A stretch of 64,000 nt of DNA from Ignavibacteria bacterium (GTDB taxonomy: Bacteria; Bacteroidota; Ignavibacteria; Ignavibacteriales; SURF-24). This document shows, in pieces, positions 17,331 through 25,837 of this stretch (within the stretch, counting starts at the first letter, position 1; every line of letters starts with the position of its first letter). The DNA is taken from NCBI GenBank assembly GCA_025612375.1, contig JAAXKN010000023.1, positions 3,810 through 67,809 on the forward strand, in the 5' to 3' direction. The notes under the pieces are model-generated. The model made no database searches. It saw only the letters and a program-made list of their open reading frames with translations, and was not told the origin of the DNA. Made by a program: the position numbers and the translations under genes.

Positions 17331-18173
17331 TTAAACTTCCCTTTCCAGAATCTTCTCCCCCTGAATATTCAGGACTATAACATTTACCGGCAATTCCCTG
17401 CCTGAGAGTGCAACCGCCTGCTGGGCAAGCTGCAAAAGACCCCGGCAGCAGGGCACTTCCATAATTAAAACGGTAATGGACCTGATACCCGAGTCTTCAA
17501 TCATCATCTGAAGCTTCTTAAGATAAATGTCTTTTCCCTGATCGAGCTTCGGGCATGCAATGGCAAGGGTCTTGCCGTCAAGATAATCCTGATGAAAATC
17601 CCCGGCGGCAAATGCCGTACAGTCGGCTGCCAGGAGCACGTCGGCATTGTTAAAATATGAGGCAGAAGGATTTAAGAGATGAAGCTGAACGGGCCACTGC
17701 CTGAGAAGGGATTCCCTTGCCGGAGAATTTTCCTTTTTCCTTTCCTGCGGCCTTTTAATTTCAAGCGTGCGCGAACCGGGGCACCCTGCGTGATGCGGAT
17801 GGCTTCCGCCGGCCGTGAGTTCTGCGGGCACTTCAATACCGTTTTCCCTCAGGTATTCAATTGCTTCTTTAAGGTAGCCCAGTTCATTGTGCTCTTTCAT
17901 GTGCGTGAGGTGGGCTAAAATGACATTCCTTCCCCCTTTTACAATGTAATCCATTACCTTCTTCTCATCGTAGGCTTCAGCTTCCCTTTCCTCAATTTCA
18001 ATTGCTCCCTGCGGGCAGTGCCCAAGGCATGCACCCAGTCCGTCACAGAACAGGTCACTTATAAGTCGCGCCTTGCCGTCAATTAACTGCAGGGCTCCTT
18101 CGGCGCAGTTAGGAATGCAAACTCCGCAGCCGTCGCAGAGGTCCTCGTCTATTTTAACTACTTTTCTTTTCAT
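17331..18173 (-). CDS. 4Fe-4S dicluster domain protein with Cys-rich C-terminal domain, function unknown
   Basis: The 280-aa protein has CDGCGVCIPNC and CDGLGACLGHCP ferredoxin-type motifs at the N-terminus. Its C-terminal half has further conserved Cys residues (AADCTAF, IACPKLD, EVPCCRG). Confidence 0.7.
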   Translation of the reverse strand: MKRKVVKIDEDLCDGCGVCIPNCAEGALQLIDGKARLISDLFCDGLGACLGHCPQGAIEIEEREAEAYDEKKVMDYIVKGGRNVILAHLTHMKEHNELGYLKEAIEYLRENGIEVPAELTAGGSHPHHAGCPGSRTLEIKRPQERKKENSPARESLLRQWPVQLHLLNPSASYFNNADVLLAADCTAFAAGDFHQDYLDGKTLAIACPKLDQGKDIYLKKLQMMIEDSGIRSITVLIMEVPCCRGLLQLAQQAVALSGRELPVNVIVLNIQGEKILEREV

Positions 18174-18352
18174 TTTATTTTCCGGAAAATTGGTTTAATC
18201 TTATCAGATTTTATAGTCCGAAAATACTTCTTTTCCCCGATCAAATCAAGCAAATTAGTAAGGCCTGCCTGTACCCCGGAAGTGCACTTAAAAATAATTG
18301 AATGTGAATGAGGTGGTGAGTAAAATAATTTTATAGACAGAAAGAGGGAAAT

Positions 18353-18613
18353 ATGATTCAACTAATAGGAGCAATAATTATAGGCGGAATTGCGGGTGGC
18401 ATCGCAAAGCTTCTGATGCCGGGAAAAGATCCGGGTGGATGCGTAATTACGGTAATTCTTGGCATTGTGGGAGCCGTTGTTGCAACATACCTTGGCAGAA
18501 TGCTGGGCCTCTATCGCCCCGGGGAGTCGGCAGGGTTCATCGGGGCAGTAGTCGGCGCCGTAATAGTACTTGCAGTCTACAGAATGATCGTAGGCCGGAG
18601 GAAGATGTTATAG
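18353..18613 (+). CDS. GlsB/YeaQ/YmgE-family stress-response membrane protein (transglycosylase-associated)
   Basis: The 86-aa protein has three Gly-rich TM helices (IIGGIAGGIAKLLMPGKDPGG...GIVGAVVATYLG...GFIGAVVGAVIVLAVY). Confidence 0.85.
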   Translation: MIQLIGAIIIGGIAGGIAKLLMPGKDPGGCVITVILGIVGAVVATYLGRMLGLYRPGESAGFIGAVVGAVIVLAVYRMIVGRRKML

Positions 18614-18653
18614 ACATTTTGCCTTACATCTTATTCCTGAAAAATAATTTATA

Positions 18654-18692
18654 ATCTGCCCCCGCCAATTTTGCGCCGCGGGCAGATTTTTT
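18654..18692 (+). terminator. Rho-independent terminator
   Basis: The arms ATCTGCCC and GGGCAGAT enclose an 18-nt loop and are followed by TTTTTT. Confidence 0.6.
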
Positions 18693-18841
18693 CCTTCCTG
18701 TCAACCCTTCCCTTCCCCATTAATATCGGTCTTGAAATTTATTCCATTTGTTATTCATTGAAAGGAAACATATAAGCTGGCTTTTTCAGGGGGCCTCCGG
18801 GTTTTTTATACTTATATGCTTTATAAATGAAAGGAGAAAAA

Positions 18842-20542
18842 ATGAATAAATTAAAAATCTATAAACTGCTCTTCTTCTGGATGATAGCTGCGGCTGTGCT
18901 GCCGGTGTTGTCTTTTGCGCAGGACGTTCAGGACGCGGGCGTGGCCCCTACTCAGCAGGTGGCTGTAATGCCGGGTGCAGGCAATTATATTGTCGGCATT
19001 ATTGCGGGAGTCATTCTTGCAGTGGCTTTCCAGCTGATACTGACAAATCTTTCAGTTGCCTCGGGACTTACAATGCTGAGCACTGTGACCGGCGGGAAAA
19101 AAGGCGGTAAGAATGTGCACGTTTCCCATAGCGACGATTCCCCTTCTGTTAACGAAAGCATACGCACAATTAGCAGCGCTTTCGGTATCTGGACGCTCCT
19201 GACGGCAAGCATAGCGCTTTTCTTTGCCAGCTGGCTGGCTACGGAACTCAGCCTTACTTCCAACAGAACCGTGGGTATGGTGCTTGGACTCGTTATCTGG
19301 GGTCTTTTTTATGTGGCTATGATGACAATAGAAGTCAGCGCCGTTTCCTCTTTGGTTGGCTCACTGGTAAGGCTTGCTGCAACGGGACTGAGGACTGCGT
19401 ATAACATGACGGCATCAATTTTCTCAAAATCGGACGAAGATAAAGTTGCCGATACGGCAGCCAAGGTTGCCGGGGCGGTCCGCGAAGAGATCTTTGGGGA
19501 CACGGATGCAGACGACCTGAAGAAAACGATACAAAACTACGTCAATCAGTTAAAGCCCCAGAGAATAGATCCCGGGCAGATGGCAATGGAATTTGCTAAG
19601 ATGCTGGACCACACAGAGATACGCGCAATTCAGGACCACAGCACTCCATTTCTCGATACCGATACTCTTGTTGCAACATTAAGGACTCACGGCTACACCG
19701 ATGAAGATGCACGCCCCGTAGCAGAAAAGTTCTCGAACGCTTTTTCAAAAATAAAGGAAGAAGCAAAGTCTGATAAGGATACCGCTTCAAAAGTAGCCGA
19801 TTCGGCGCTTCAGATGTCGGGCATGTCAAAAGAAGAAGCCGAGAGAACACGCATGCAGTTTGAGGACTATCTGAGGAGCACGAATAAAGAGGAGCTTAAT
19901 CCCGATGCTATAAAAAGGGACCTGGAAAGACTCTTCACAGACCCTAAAGGTGCTGCTGATTCACTTAAAAACCGCCTGAGCCATATTGACCGCCAGGATG
20001 TTGCCCGGGTTATAGCCCAGAGGCAGGATATAAGCCAGGAAGAGGCCGAAAGAATGGTTGATAAAGTTTATATGGTAATAGAACAGATCACAAATAAAAC
20101 TTCGGATGTTAAGGACGGCATCGTAAACAAGCTCAGGAATTACATGAACTCTCTCGGACGCCCGGAACTGCAGTATGAAGGCGTGGCCCACGATGTGGAA
20201 AAACTCTTCCACGATCCCAAGGCCGGCGCTGAAGCCCTGGCAAACAGGGTGAAATCCATGGACAGGGATTCCATCAAGGCCATAATTGCTTCAAGACGGG
20301 ATATTTCGGACGAGGATGCAGAAAGGATAGTAAGCAAAATTGAAAGTGCACGCGACAGCTTCCTGATGAAAATAGACCAGATGAAGCATGAAATAGAGCG
20401 CCGTGTGGATATGGCAAAACAGGAAACCGTCCATCAGGCAGATGAGGTCCGTAAGACCGCTTCAACTGCAGCCTGGTGGGCCTTCGGGACAGCTGTCGTT
20501 TCCGGCATTGCAGCAGCCGTAGGCGGAATGGTGGGCGTTTAA
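18842..20542 (+). CDS. Multi-pass membrane protein with long charged repeat-containing cytoplasmic/periplasmic region and C-terminal TM helix, function unknown
   Basis: I set the start at ATG 18842 because AAAGGAG lies 5 nt upstream; the ORF-track ATG 18827 sits inside that SD. The protein has a signal-like N-terminus, about 4 TM helices and three roughly 90-aa helical repeats. It ends in the Gly/Ala-rich TM helix AAWWAFGTAVVSGIAAAVGGMVGV. Confidence 0.6.
   Translation: MNKLKIYKLLFFWMIAAAVLPVLSFAQDVQDAGVAPTQQVAVMPGAGNYIVGIIAGVILAVAFQLILTNLSVASGLTMLSTVTGGKKGGKNVHVSHSDDSPSVNESIRTISSAFGIWTLLTASIALFFASWLATELSLTSNRTVGMVLGLVIWGLFYVAMMTIEVSAVSSLVGSLVRLAATGLRTAYNMTASIFSKSDEDKVADTAAKVAGAVREEIFGDTDADDLKKTIQNYVNQLKPQRIDPGQMAMEFAKMLDHTEIRAIQDHSTPFLDTDTLVATLRTHGYTDEDARPVAEKFSNAFSKIKEEAKSDKDTASKVADSALQMSGMSKEEAERTRMQFEDYLRSTNKEELNPDAIKRDLERLFTDPKGAADSLKNRLSHIDRQDVARVIAQRQDISQEEAERMVDKVYMVIEQITNKTSDVKDGIVNKLRNYMNSLGRPELQYEGVAHDVEKLFHDPKAGAEALANRVKSMDRDSIKAIIASRRDISDEDAERIVSKIESARDSFLMKIDQMKHEIERRVDMAKQETVHQADEVRKTASTAAWWAFGTAVVSGIAAAVGGMVGV
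19889..20434 (+). repeat. Two tandem 273-nt (91-aa) coding repeats inside the 18842-20542 gene, with a third degenerate copy upstream at about 19504-19760
   Basis: The two units are EELNPDAIKRDLERLFTDPKGAADSLKNRLSHIDRQDVARVIAQRQDISQEEAERMVDKV and PELQYEGVAHDVEKLFHDPKAGAEALANRVKSMDRDSIKAIIASRRDISDEDAERIVSKI. By eye, 27 of the first 60 aligned residues are identical. Confidence 0.7.
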
Positions 20543-20568
20543 GGCTCCTCGGGAAATGAGAGAAAAAA

Positions 20569-20598
20569 AGCCGCACTGAAACATGTGCGGCTTTTTTT
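20569..20598. terminator. Bidirectional rho-independent terminator
   Basis: The sequence is AAAAAAAGCCGCAC-tgaaacat-GTGCGGCTTTTTTT, sited between convergent stops at 20542 (+) and 20606 (-). Confidence 0.85.
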
Positions 20599-20605
20599 AT
20601 TAAAC

Positions 20606-21103
20606 TTAGTTTAAAGAGGCGATCTCTTCTACAGCAACCAGGCGCGGGTAGCTGAACCTGATCCTGAAACCTTCCATCAGGTCTGCCAGTGCCTGCGCGT
20701 CCATGCCGTAGACGTCAGGGAGCATTTCTTTTTTCCCGATCAGGTTTTCAACGTTGACGTAAGTACGTTTCTTCTTATCAAAGGAATAGATGACGGTTTT
20801 TTTATGGTAACGCTTTGCGGCCTCAAAGTTTTCAACCTCACTCCACCTTATTTTAATTGTCTGAAACATGCTGCGGATTGTAAAGCCGTATTTATCGAGC
20901 TTTAAGTACGACTGGTTTGGCAGGACCGGAATAAAAGAAGCAATAGCGGCAAATCCGAAAACAACGGCTATTATCCAGCCAACTGTAGAGTGTGTCTGCA
21001 TGACGAGCTTGAGGCCGAACAAAGTAAAAACTATAGCACTGATAAGTGATCTGAAATATTTCGATCTTCTTGAACGCAAAACAATTTCCCTGTTATAATC
21101 CAT
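20606..21103 (-). CDS. Small membrane protein (2 TM + PH-like soluble domain; STM3941-like), function unknown
   Basis: The 165-aa protein has two adjacent TM helices (LISAIVFTLFGLKLVM / WIIAVVFGFAAIASFIPVL). These are followed by LKLDKYGFTIRSMFQTIKIRWSEVENF. The family call comes from pattern memory only. Confidence 0.4.
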   Translation of the reverse strand: MDYNREIVLRSRRSKYFRSLISAIVFTLFGLKLVMQTHSTVGWIIAVVFGFAAIASFIPVLPNQSYLKLDKYGFTIRSMFQTIKIRWSEVENFEAAKRYHKKTVIYSFDKKKRTYVNVENLIGKKEMLPDVYGMDAQALADLMEGFRIRFSYPRLVAVEEIASLN

Positions 21104-21400
21104 ATCTTCTCCTTTATAATAATATCTCTTCTTTGAGAGTATAAAAGTAACGGCAGATGGAGCAGGTCCATCTATAACTTAAAACCCTCTGTTAACATAA
21201 AATCTTTACTGAAGTCCCGTTCCGGAATGCAAAACTGCGGCTTCCAGTCTTAGCGGCCCCTCAGCGGCATAAACATAATCTTCGGCAAAAATACTTCTTT
21301 AGGCATTAAAAAAACAAGGCCCCAGGAGGGCAAAAAACTTTGGACATTCCGGAGTAGATGAAGCCCCCAAGGAATTAATCCTCAAAATCAAAATTGTGAT

Positions 21401-21445
21401 ACATAATGTGCTTGAAATTGTATCAAAAAATACACATAATTGTGT
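21401..21445 (+). promoter_or_regulatory. Sigma-70-like promoter with repeated operator-like motif for the toxin-antitoxin operon
   Basis: The promoter is TTGAAA (21412-21417), a 17-nt spacer, then CATAAT (21435-21440). The motif ACATAAT(T)GTG occurs twice, at 21401-21410 and 21433-21443, about 32 bp apart. The second copy forms ACACA-taat-TGTGT overlapping the -10. Confidence 0.45.
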
Positions 21446-21517
21446 GTCTGGTAATGTGCGGACTGCCTCTGTAGGCACGCAAAAGGACCGGTAATCTTAA
21501 AAGATCAGGAGAAAACA

Positions 21518-21772
21518 ATGGGGAAAATGGCGGCAAAGGGGCATAGGATCAGTTTCTATATTCCTGAAGACATGTCAAAGCGGGTTACGAATGCAGCTAA
21601 TGAGAAGCATCAGACCCTGAGTGACTTTGCCAGGGATGCGATTCAAAAAGCAATTGAAGCCGCTGAAGAAGCAAAGCTGGATCAGCAGCTCATAGAAGGA
21701 TATAAGGCTAATTATCAATATTATAAAAATGAGGCAAAGGCCTGGGAGAATATTGAGCGTGAATTACCTTAG
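21518..21772 (+). CDS. Ribbon-helix-helix (CopG/MazE-like) antitoxin
   Basis: The 84-aa protein has RISFYIPEDMSKRVTNAANEKHQTLSDFARDAIQKAI, an RHH beta-strand plus two helices. An SD AGGAGA lies upstream, and the gene overlaps the toxin gene. Confidence 0.7.
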   Translation: MGKMAAKGHRISFYIPEDMSKRVTNAANEKHQTLSDFARDAIQKAIEAAEEAKLDQQLIEGYKANYQYYKNEAKAWENIERELP

Positions 21773-22118
21773 TATCTCAAGGGGCGATGTAGTCGATATC
21801 AATCTGGAGCCAACGCTTGGTTCTGAAATAGGAAAAGTACGTCCGGGCGTTGTAGTGCAGAATAATCGTGGCAATCAGTTCAGCCCAATTACAATTATTG
21901 CAGCCATAACAGGTGCAGAACATATTCGTGCGCCTCTTCCGGTTATGGTATTTATACCTGCCGGTCAGGGAGGACTGATGAAAGACAGCTATGTTGACTG
22001 TGGTCAGATCAGATCTGTGGATAAAGAGTCCCGTATAGTCAAAAAAAGAGGAACTCTTGACGAGGCCGCAATGGCCGAAATCGACAGAGCCCTGAAAATA
22101 TCGCTTGCGCTGAAATAA
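21759..22118 (+). CDS. mazF: PemK/MazF-family type II toxin (mRNA interferase)
   Basis: The sequence RGDVVDINLEPTLGSEIGKVRPGVVVQNN...ITIIAAITG...DSYVDCGQIRSVDKESRI matches the PemK/MazF pattern. I set the start at GTG 21759 because GGGAGAA lies 8 nt upstream, giving a 14-nt overlap with the antitoxin. The ORF-track ATG 21729 would lie deep inside the antitoxin gene. Confidence 0.8.
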   Translation: MNYLSISRGDVVDINLEPTLGSEIGKVRPGVVVQNNRGNQFSPITIIAAITGAEHIRAPLPVMVFIPAGQGGLMKDSYVDCGQIRSVDKESRIVKKRGTLDEAAMAEIDRALKISLALK

Positions 22119-22155
22119 GCCTTTCCCCCAGGCTTTGGTCCTGATGCCTGTTCCT

Positions 22156-23496
22156 TCAGGCAATTTCTCTCAGTTTTTCAAGATACTGAATCTGTACTTC
22201 AAAGGGCGGAATTGCTCCTTTTTCCCTTTCAGCCTGAAAATGAATTCCCATGCGGCTGAACACCTCATCCAAAGCATCAAACATATTATCCGGCGGAAAA
22301 CCGTTATCCCTCAGAAAGTGGATTAGTTTGAGCGTTCTGAAGCCGTCGAACCAGAGCTTCTTCTGACGGCTGATCTGAACGCCGCTTTTTGAATTCGCAA
22401 GGATCTTCTTCCAGTCACGCGAGAAATTCTGCTCTTCTAAAAAACTTCGCATTGAAGGATGGATCTCTCCGGCTTTATCCAGATAATACCCGGCATCATA
22501 AACTTCAGAAGAATTAAATACTCTCAGCCAGTCTTTTAATACATAAAAAGATTCAGGTGAATAAAGCTGATATTCATCGTGACTATGTGAGATAAACCTG
22601 TTCACCCTCTGCCCCGTTCCGAACGGTACCCGCCAGGATCCCCTGCCTGAAGGATAAACAGTTGTAGAATCTATTTTATGGATTTCCGTATTCTTCGAAA
22701 GCTTTTCCATAAAATAGAAGTCCTCTGCTGCCTTGCGCTTATTCATCCCTTCAATTTTTATGTAGCTTTCATAACTGCAGGCCATTGTTGAACCGATCGT
22801 ATGAAAGCCATATGGAGAACCGGCAGCCTGAAGTCCAAGGACATAATACCTTAAAAATATTTCGTAGCAGATTATAGCAAGCGTTGATTCATCTGGTGTA
22901 CCTGATGTGATGGTATGCCTGAAGTTTACGTATGCCGCATGCAGTTTATTTTTACTGAAAGCCTCATAAAGAGAAGTGATGTAATTTTTCTCTACCGTGC
23001 AGTCGGCATCCAGGCAGGCAATGGCGTTTTTTTTAGTGCTGTAGCTGAAAGCGGAAAGAGTAAGATCCATACCTATTTTTCTTGCAAGCCCCACACCGCC
23101 ATCCTTTTCCGGAAGCTCCAGCCCTTTTGAGGATGCGTCAACAAACGCAAGCTTAAGCCCTGAATGGGTGACTTTGTCCACAACAGGGTCCTCTGGGTTT
23201 CGTAGAGAAATAATATTCCTTAAGAGTTCAAGAGATAGCCCGTTATCCAGGTAAACTTCTTCTGAAGCTCTAGCGGTATTGTTTATTACAAACACTATAA
23301 GAGTGTGCCTGAAATACTTCGGGTCGTTTTCGGCTAGAGAGGAAAGAAGCTTCCTGATATTATTATATTCCTGTATTGCTGGAATAACTATTGCAAGATG
23401 GATATCATCTGCAGTTGAACATTCAAGTTTCCACCCCTCAAGTGAATACTTTGAAAGATAGCGTTTTACTTCTTCGGGTAAGATGTTCTCAGTCAT
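22156..23496 (-). CDS. GT-A fold (family 2-like) glycosyltransferase with about 200-aa C-terminal extension
   Basis: The 446-aa protein has LAIVIPAIQEYNNIRKLLSSL (GT2 N-terminal strand), GGVGLARKIGMD and a CLDADC DxD-like motif. Its ATG overlaps the miaA stop (ATGA at 23493-23496). Confidence 0.6.
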   Translation of the reverse strand: MTENILPEEVKRYLSKYSLEGWKLECSTADDIHLAIVIPAIQEYNNIRKLLSSLAENDPKYFRHTLIVFVINNTARASEEVYLDNGLSLELLRNIISLRNPEDPVVDKVTHSGLKLAFVDASSKGLELPEKDGGVGLARKIGMDLTLSAFSYSTKKNAIACLDADCTVEKNYITSLYEAFSKNKLHAAYVNFRHTITSGTPDESTLAIICYEIFLRYYVLGLQAAGSPYGFHTIGSTMACSYESYIKIEGMNKRKAAEDFYFMEKLSKNTEIHKIDSTTVYPSGRGSWRVPFGTGQRVNRFISHSHDEYQLYSPESFYVLKDWLRVFNSSEVYDAGYYLDKAGEIHPSMRSFLEEQNFSRDWKKILANSKSGVQISRQKKLWFDGFRTLKLIHFLRDNGFPPDNMFDALDEVFSRMGIHFQAEREKGAIPPFEVQIQYLEKLREIA

Positions 23497-24398
23497 GATC
23501 TATAAATATGCTGTTCAATAATGAGGCAGGCCTTCTCAAAGTCGGGGCCCTCGATCCAGTTGATCTTTACGCCTTCACGCTCCATTTTCCTGAACCATGT
23601 CATCTGACGTTTGGCGAATGCGTGTATGGCAGAGTTAAGCTTCTGGTACATGTCGTTATAGTTAAGGCTCCCTTTAAGGTACTGCCCTATAAACCTGTAC
23701 TCAAGGCCGAAGAAGTCCAGCTTTTCAAAGCTTACCCCGCTTTCAACGAGGCTTTTAACCTCATCTATCATCCCCTCCTGAAGCCTCGTCTTAAGGCGCC
23801 GGGTAATCCTGTCCTTAACTACCTTCCGCTCCAGATAAACTCCAATTACAAGGGGATCAATTTTTGCTTTGGGCGCTGAACTGACTGTCAGCTTATTTTC
23901 AGCAATTCTTAAAGCGTCAATTAACCTTCTTTTATCCAGCAGGTCTGTAGTGTTGTGAACCATAGGGTTTACCGTAAGAAGCCTCATCTGAAGCTCCTGA
24001 AGAGTAAGCGCATCAAGCTCCTTCAGGTACTCTTCATTATCAAGGGCTTCTTTCATATTATAGGACCTGAGAACGGCATCCAGGTAAAGCGCCGTGCCGC
24101 CGGCAAGAAAAGGGATTTTACCTCTGGAAGTAATCTCACCAAAAGTCGCATAAAAGAATTCCAGGAAGCGGTAGAGGTTGAATTCCTCCTTCGGATCTGC
24201 TATGTCTATCAGGTGATAAGGTATTTTCTTTCCGTCAACAATATAATCCTGAAGGTCCTTTCCCGTCCCGATGTCCATTCCTTTATAGACCTGTCTGGAA
24301 TCGGCAGAGATTATCTCCCCGTTATATTTCTGGGCAAGCCTTGCGGCAAGCTGCGTCTTTCCTGTGGCGGTGGGCCCAAGTATTGTGATAAGGTTCAT
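23493..24398 (-). CDS. miaA: tRNA dimethylallyltransferase MiaA
   Basis: The protein begins MNLITILGPTATGKTQLAARLA (P-loop) and continues ISADSRQVYKGMDIGTGK and HLIDI. I moved the start to ATG 24398; the ORF-track start at 24437 adds 13 non-conserved residues. Confidence 0.9.
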   Translation of the reverse strand: MNLITILGPTATGKTQLAARLAQKYNGEIISADSRQVYKGMDIGTGKDLQDYIVDGKKIPYHLIDIADPKEEFNLYRFLEFFYATFGEITSRGKIPFLAGGTALYLDAVLRSYNMKEALDNEEYLKELDALTLQELQMRLLTVNPMVHNTTDLLDKRRLIDALRIAENKLTVSSAPKAKIDPLVIGVYLERKVVKDRITRRLKTRLQEGMIDEVKSLVESGVSFEKLDFFGLEYRFIGQYLKGSLNYNDMYQKLNSAIHAFAKRQMTWFRKMEREGVKINWIEGPDFEKACLIIEQHIYRS

Positions 24399-24574
24399 TA
24401 GAATAGCTTCATTATTAAAACGTAAAATCCAAGCCAAAGGTAAGAACTAAAGCTAAAAGTAAAAAGGATAAAATATAAAATGGCGGCGGCCCGGGGATTA
24501 GTAAATTTGGCAATGAAAATTAAGCCGGGAATTCTTAACTTTGCTGCAATATAAAATTGAAAGGATCGGACTGA

Positions 24575-25186
24575 ATGGAGAATGACGAAATTATAAGCGG
24601 AATTCGTTACTTATCGCGTAAGGATAAATGCCTGGCCGGAATAATTAAAAAAGCAGGACCCTGTACGCTTAAGGCACACAGGAACTACTACTACTCACTT
24701 CTTGAGAGCATCATCGGGCAGCAGCTTTCAATGAAGGTGGCACAGGTTATAATAGGCCGCTTTATGGATTATTACAAGGATACACCGAGGCCTGAACTTA
24801 TTCTGGAAACGGACGACCAGGTTTTGAGATCCCTCGGGCTTTCAAACGCTAAGGTGAAATATGTAAAGGACCTTTCAGAGAAGCTTTTAAGCGGAGAGGT
24901 CAGCCTTAAGAACATAAATAAAAAAAGCGACGAGGAGATAATTGAGGAGCTTACAAAGGTCAAGGGAATAGGCATCTGGACTGCCCACATGTTCCTCATC
25001 TTTACGCTCTGCCGCATGAATGTGCTTCCTACGGGGGACCTTGGCATTAAACGCGCAATTATGTTAAATTACAATCTGGGGACCATGCCCGATGAGGAAA
25101 TGATCAGGCAGATAGCCCAGGAAAACAAGTGGCACCCCTACAGCACTCTTGCAAGCTGGTACCTGTGGAAAAGCCTGGAATTCTGA
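24575..25186 (+). CDS. HhH-GPD DNA glycosylase (AlkA-like 3-methyladenine DNA glycosylase II, catalytic domain only)
   Basis: The 203-aa protein has SIIGQQLSMKVA, the helix-hairpin-helix LTKVKGIGIWTAHMFLIF and the catalytic Asp in PTGDLGIKR. It ends WHPYSTLASWYLWKS. Confidence 0.8.
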   Translation: MENDEIISGIRYLSRKDKCLAGIIKKAGPCTLKAHRNYYYSLLESIIGQQLSMKVAQVIIGRFMDYYKDTPRPELILETDDQVLRSLGLSNAKVKYVKDLSEKLLSGEVSLKNINKKSDEEIIEELTKVKGIGIWTAHMFLIFTLCRMNVLPTGDLGIKRAIMLNYNLGTMPDEEMIRQIAQENKWHPYSTLASWYLWKSLEF

Positions 25187-25270
25187 GATTCCAAAGGTCT
25201 TTTTTGTTGAGTAACGGCCATAATTTGTTTAATTTTTTGAATCTTTTTACACGACACGGCATCATACTAA

Positions 25271-25837
25271 ATGGAAGAAAATGAACTTATAGAGCGGGCA
25301 CAGAATGGAGACAGCAGGGCTCTTTCGGAGCTCGTTAAAAAATACGAGCAGACCGTCTTTAACTTTGCTTTTAAGATCTGCCGCAACCGCGAGCGCGCCG
25401 AACACACGATGCAGGAAACTTTCCTGAGCATGGTTAAAAACCTGCACCAGTTTGACAAAAAAAGCAAACTCTCAACCTGGCTTTATACCATAGTCTCAAA
25501 TAACTGCCTCATGCTCGCACGTTCAGATAAACGCCACAGCTACACTTCCTTCGACGACGATGAGAGCTTTATCGACGAAGGGGCAATTGCAGACTGGTCG
25601 GTTACTCCCGACAAAACAGTTGAAAACGAGGAGTTAAGGCAAATACTGGACGAATCTATTCAGAAGCTTCCCCCTGACTACAGGGTTGTATTTCTCTTAA
25701 GGGACGTTGAGGGACTCTCAACCGAGGAGACGGGTAAAATAGCAAAACTGTCCGTGCCCGCAGTCAAATCGAGGCTGCACAGGGCGAGGGCATTTTTAAG
25801 AAACGAAATAAACAAGAGACTGCAAGATGGAAAATAA
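25271..25837 (+). CDS. ECF-type RNA polymerase sigma-70 family factor
   Basis: The 188-aa protein has a region 2 segment (FNFAFKICRNRERAEHTMQETFL...TWLYTIVSNNC). Its region 4 HTH is YRVVFLLRDVEGLSTEETGKIAKLSVPAVKSRLHRAR. Confidence 0.9.
   Translation: MEENELIERAQNGDSRALSELVKKYEQTVFNFAFKICRNRERAEHTMQETFLSMVKNLHQFDKKSKLSTWLYTIVSNNCLMLARSDKRHSYTSFDDDESFIDEGAIADWSVTPDKTVENEELRQILDESIQKLPPDYRVVFLLRDVEGLSTEETGKIAKLSVPAVKSRLHRARAFLRNEINKRLQDGK

Noticed and set aside
18827-18841. The identical 15-mer ATGAAAGGAGAAAAA occurs at 18827 and again at 26362, which suggested a dispersed repeat.
   Set aside because: In both places it is simply a strong Shine-Dalgarno (AAAGGAG) plus an A-rich spacer in front of the real start codon (ATG 18842, GTG 26377). 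The similarity does not extend into the flanks. It explains why the ORF-track starts are probably 15 nt too far upstream.
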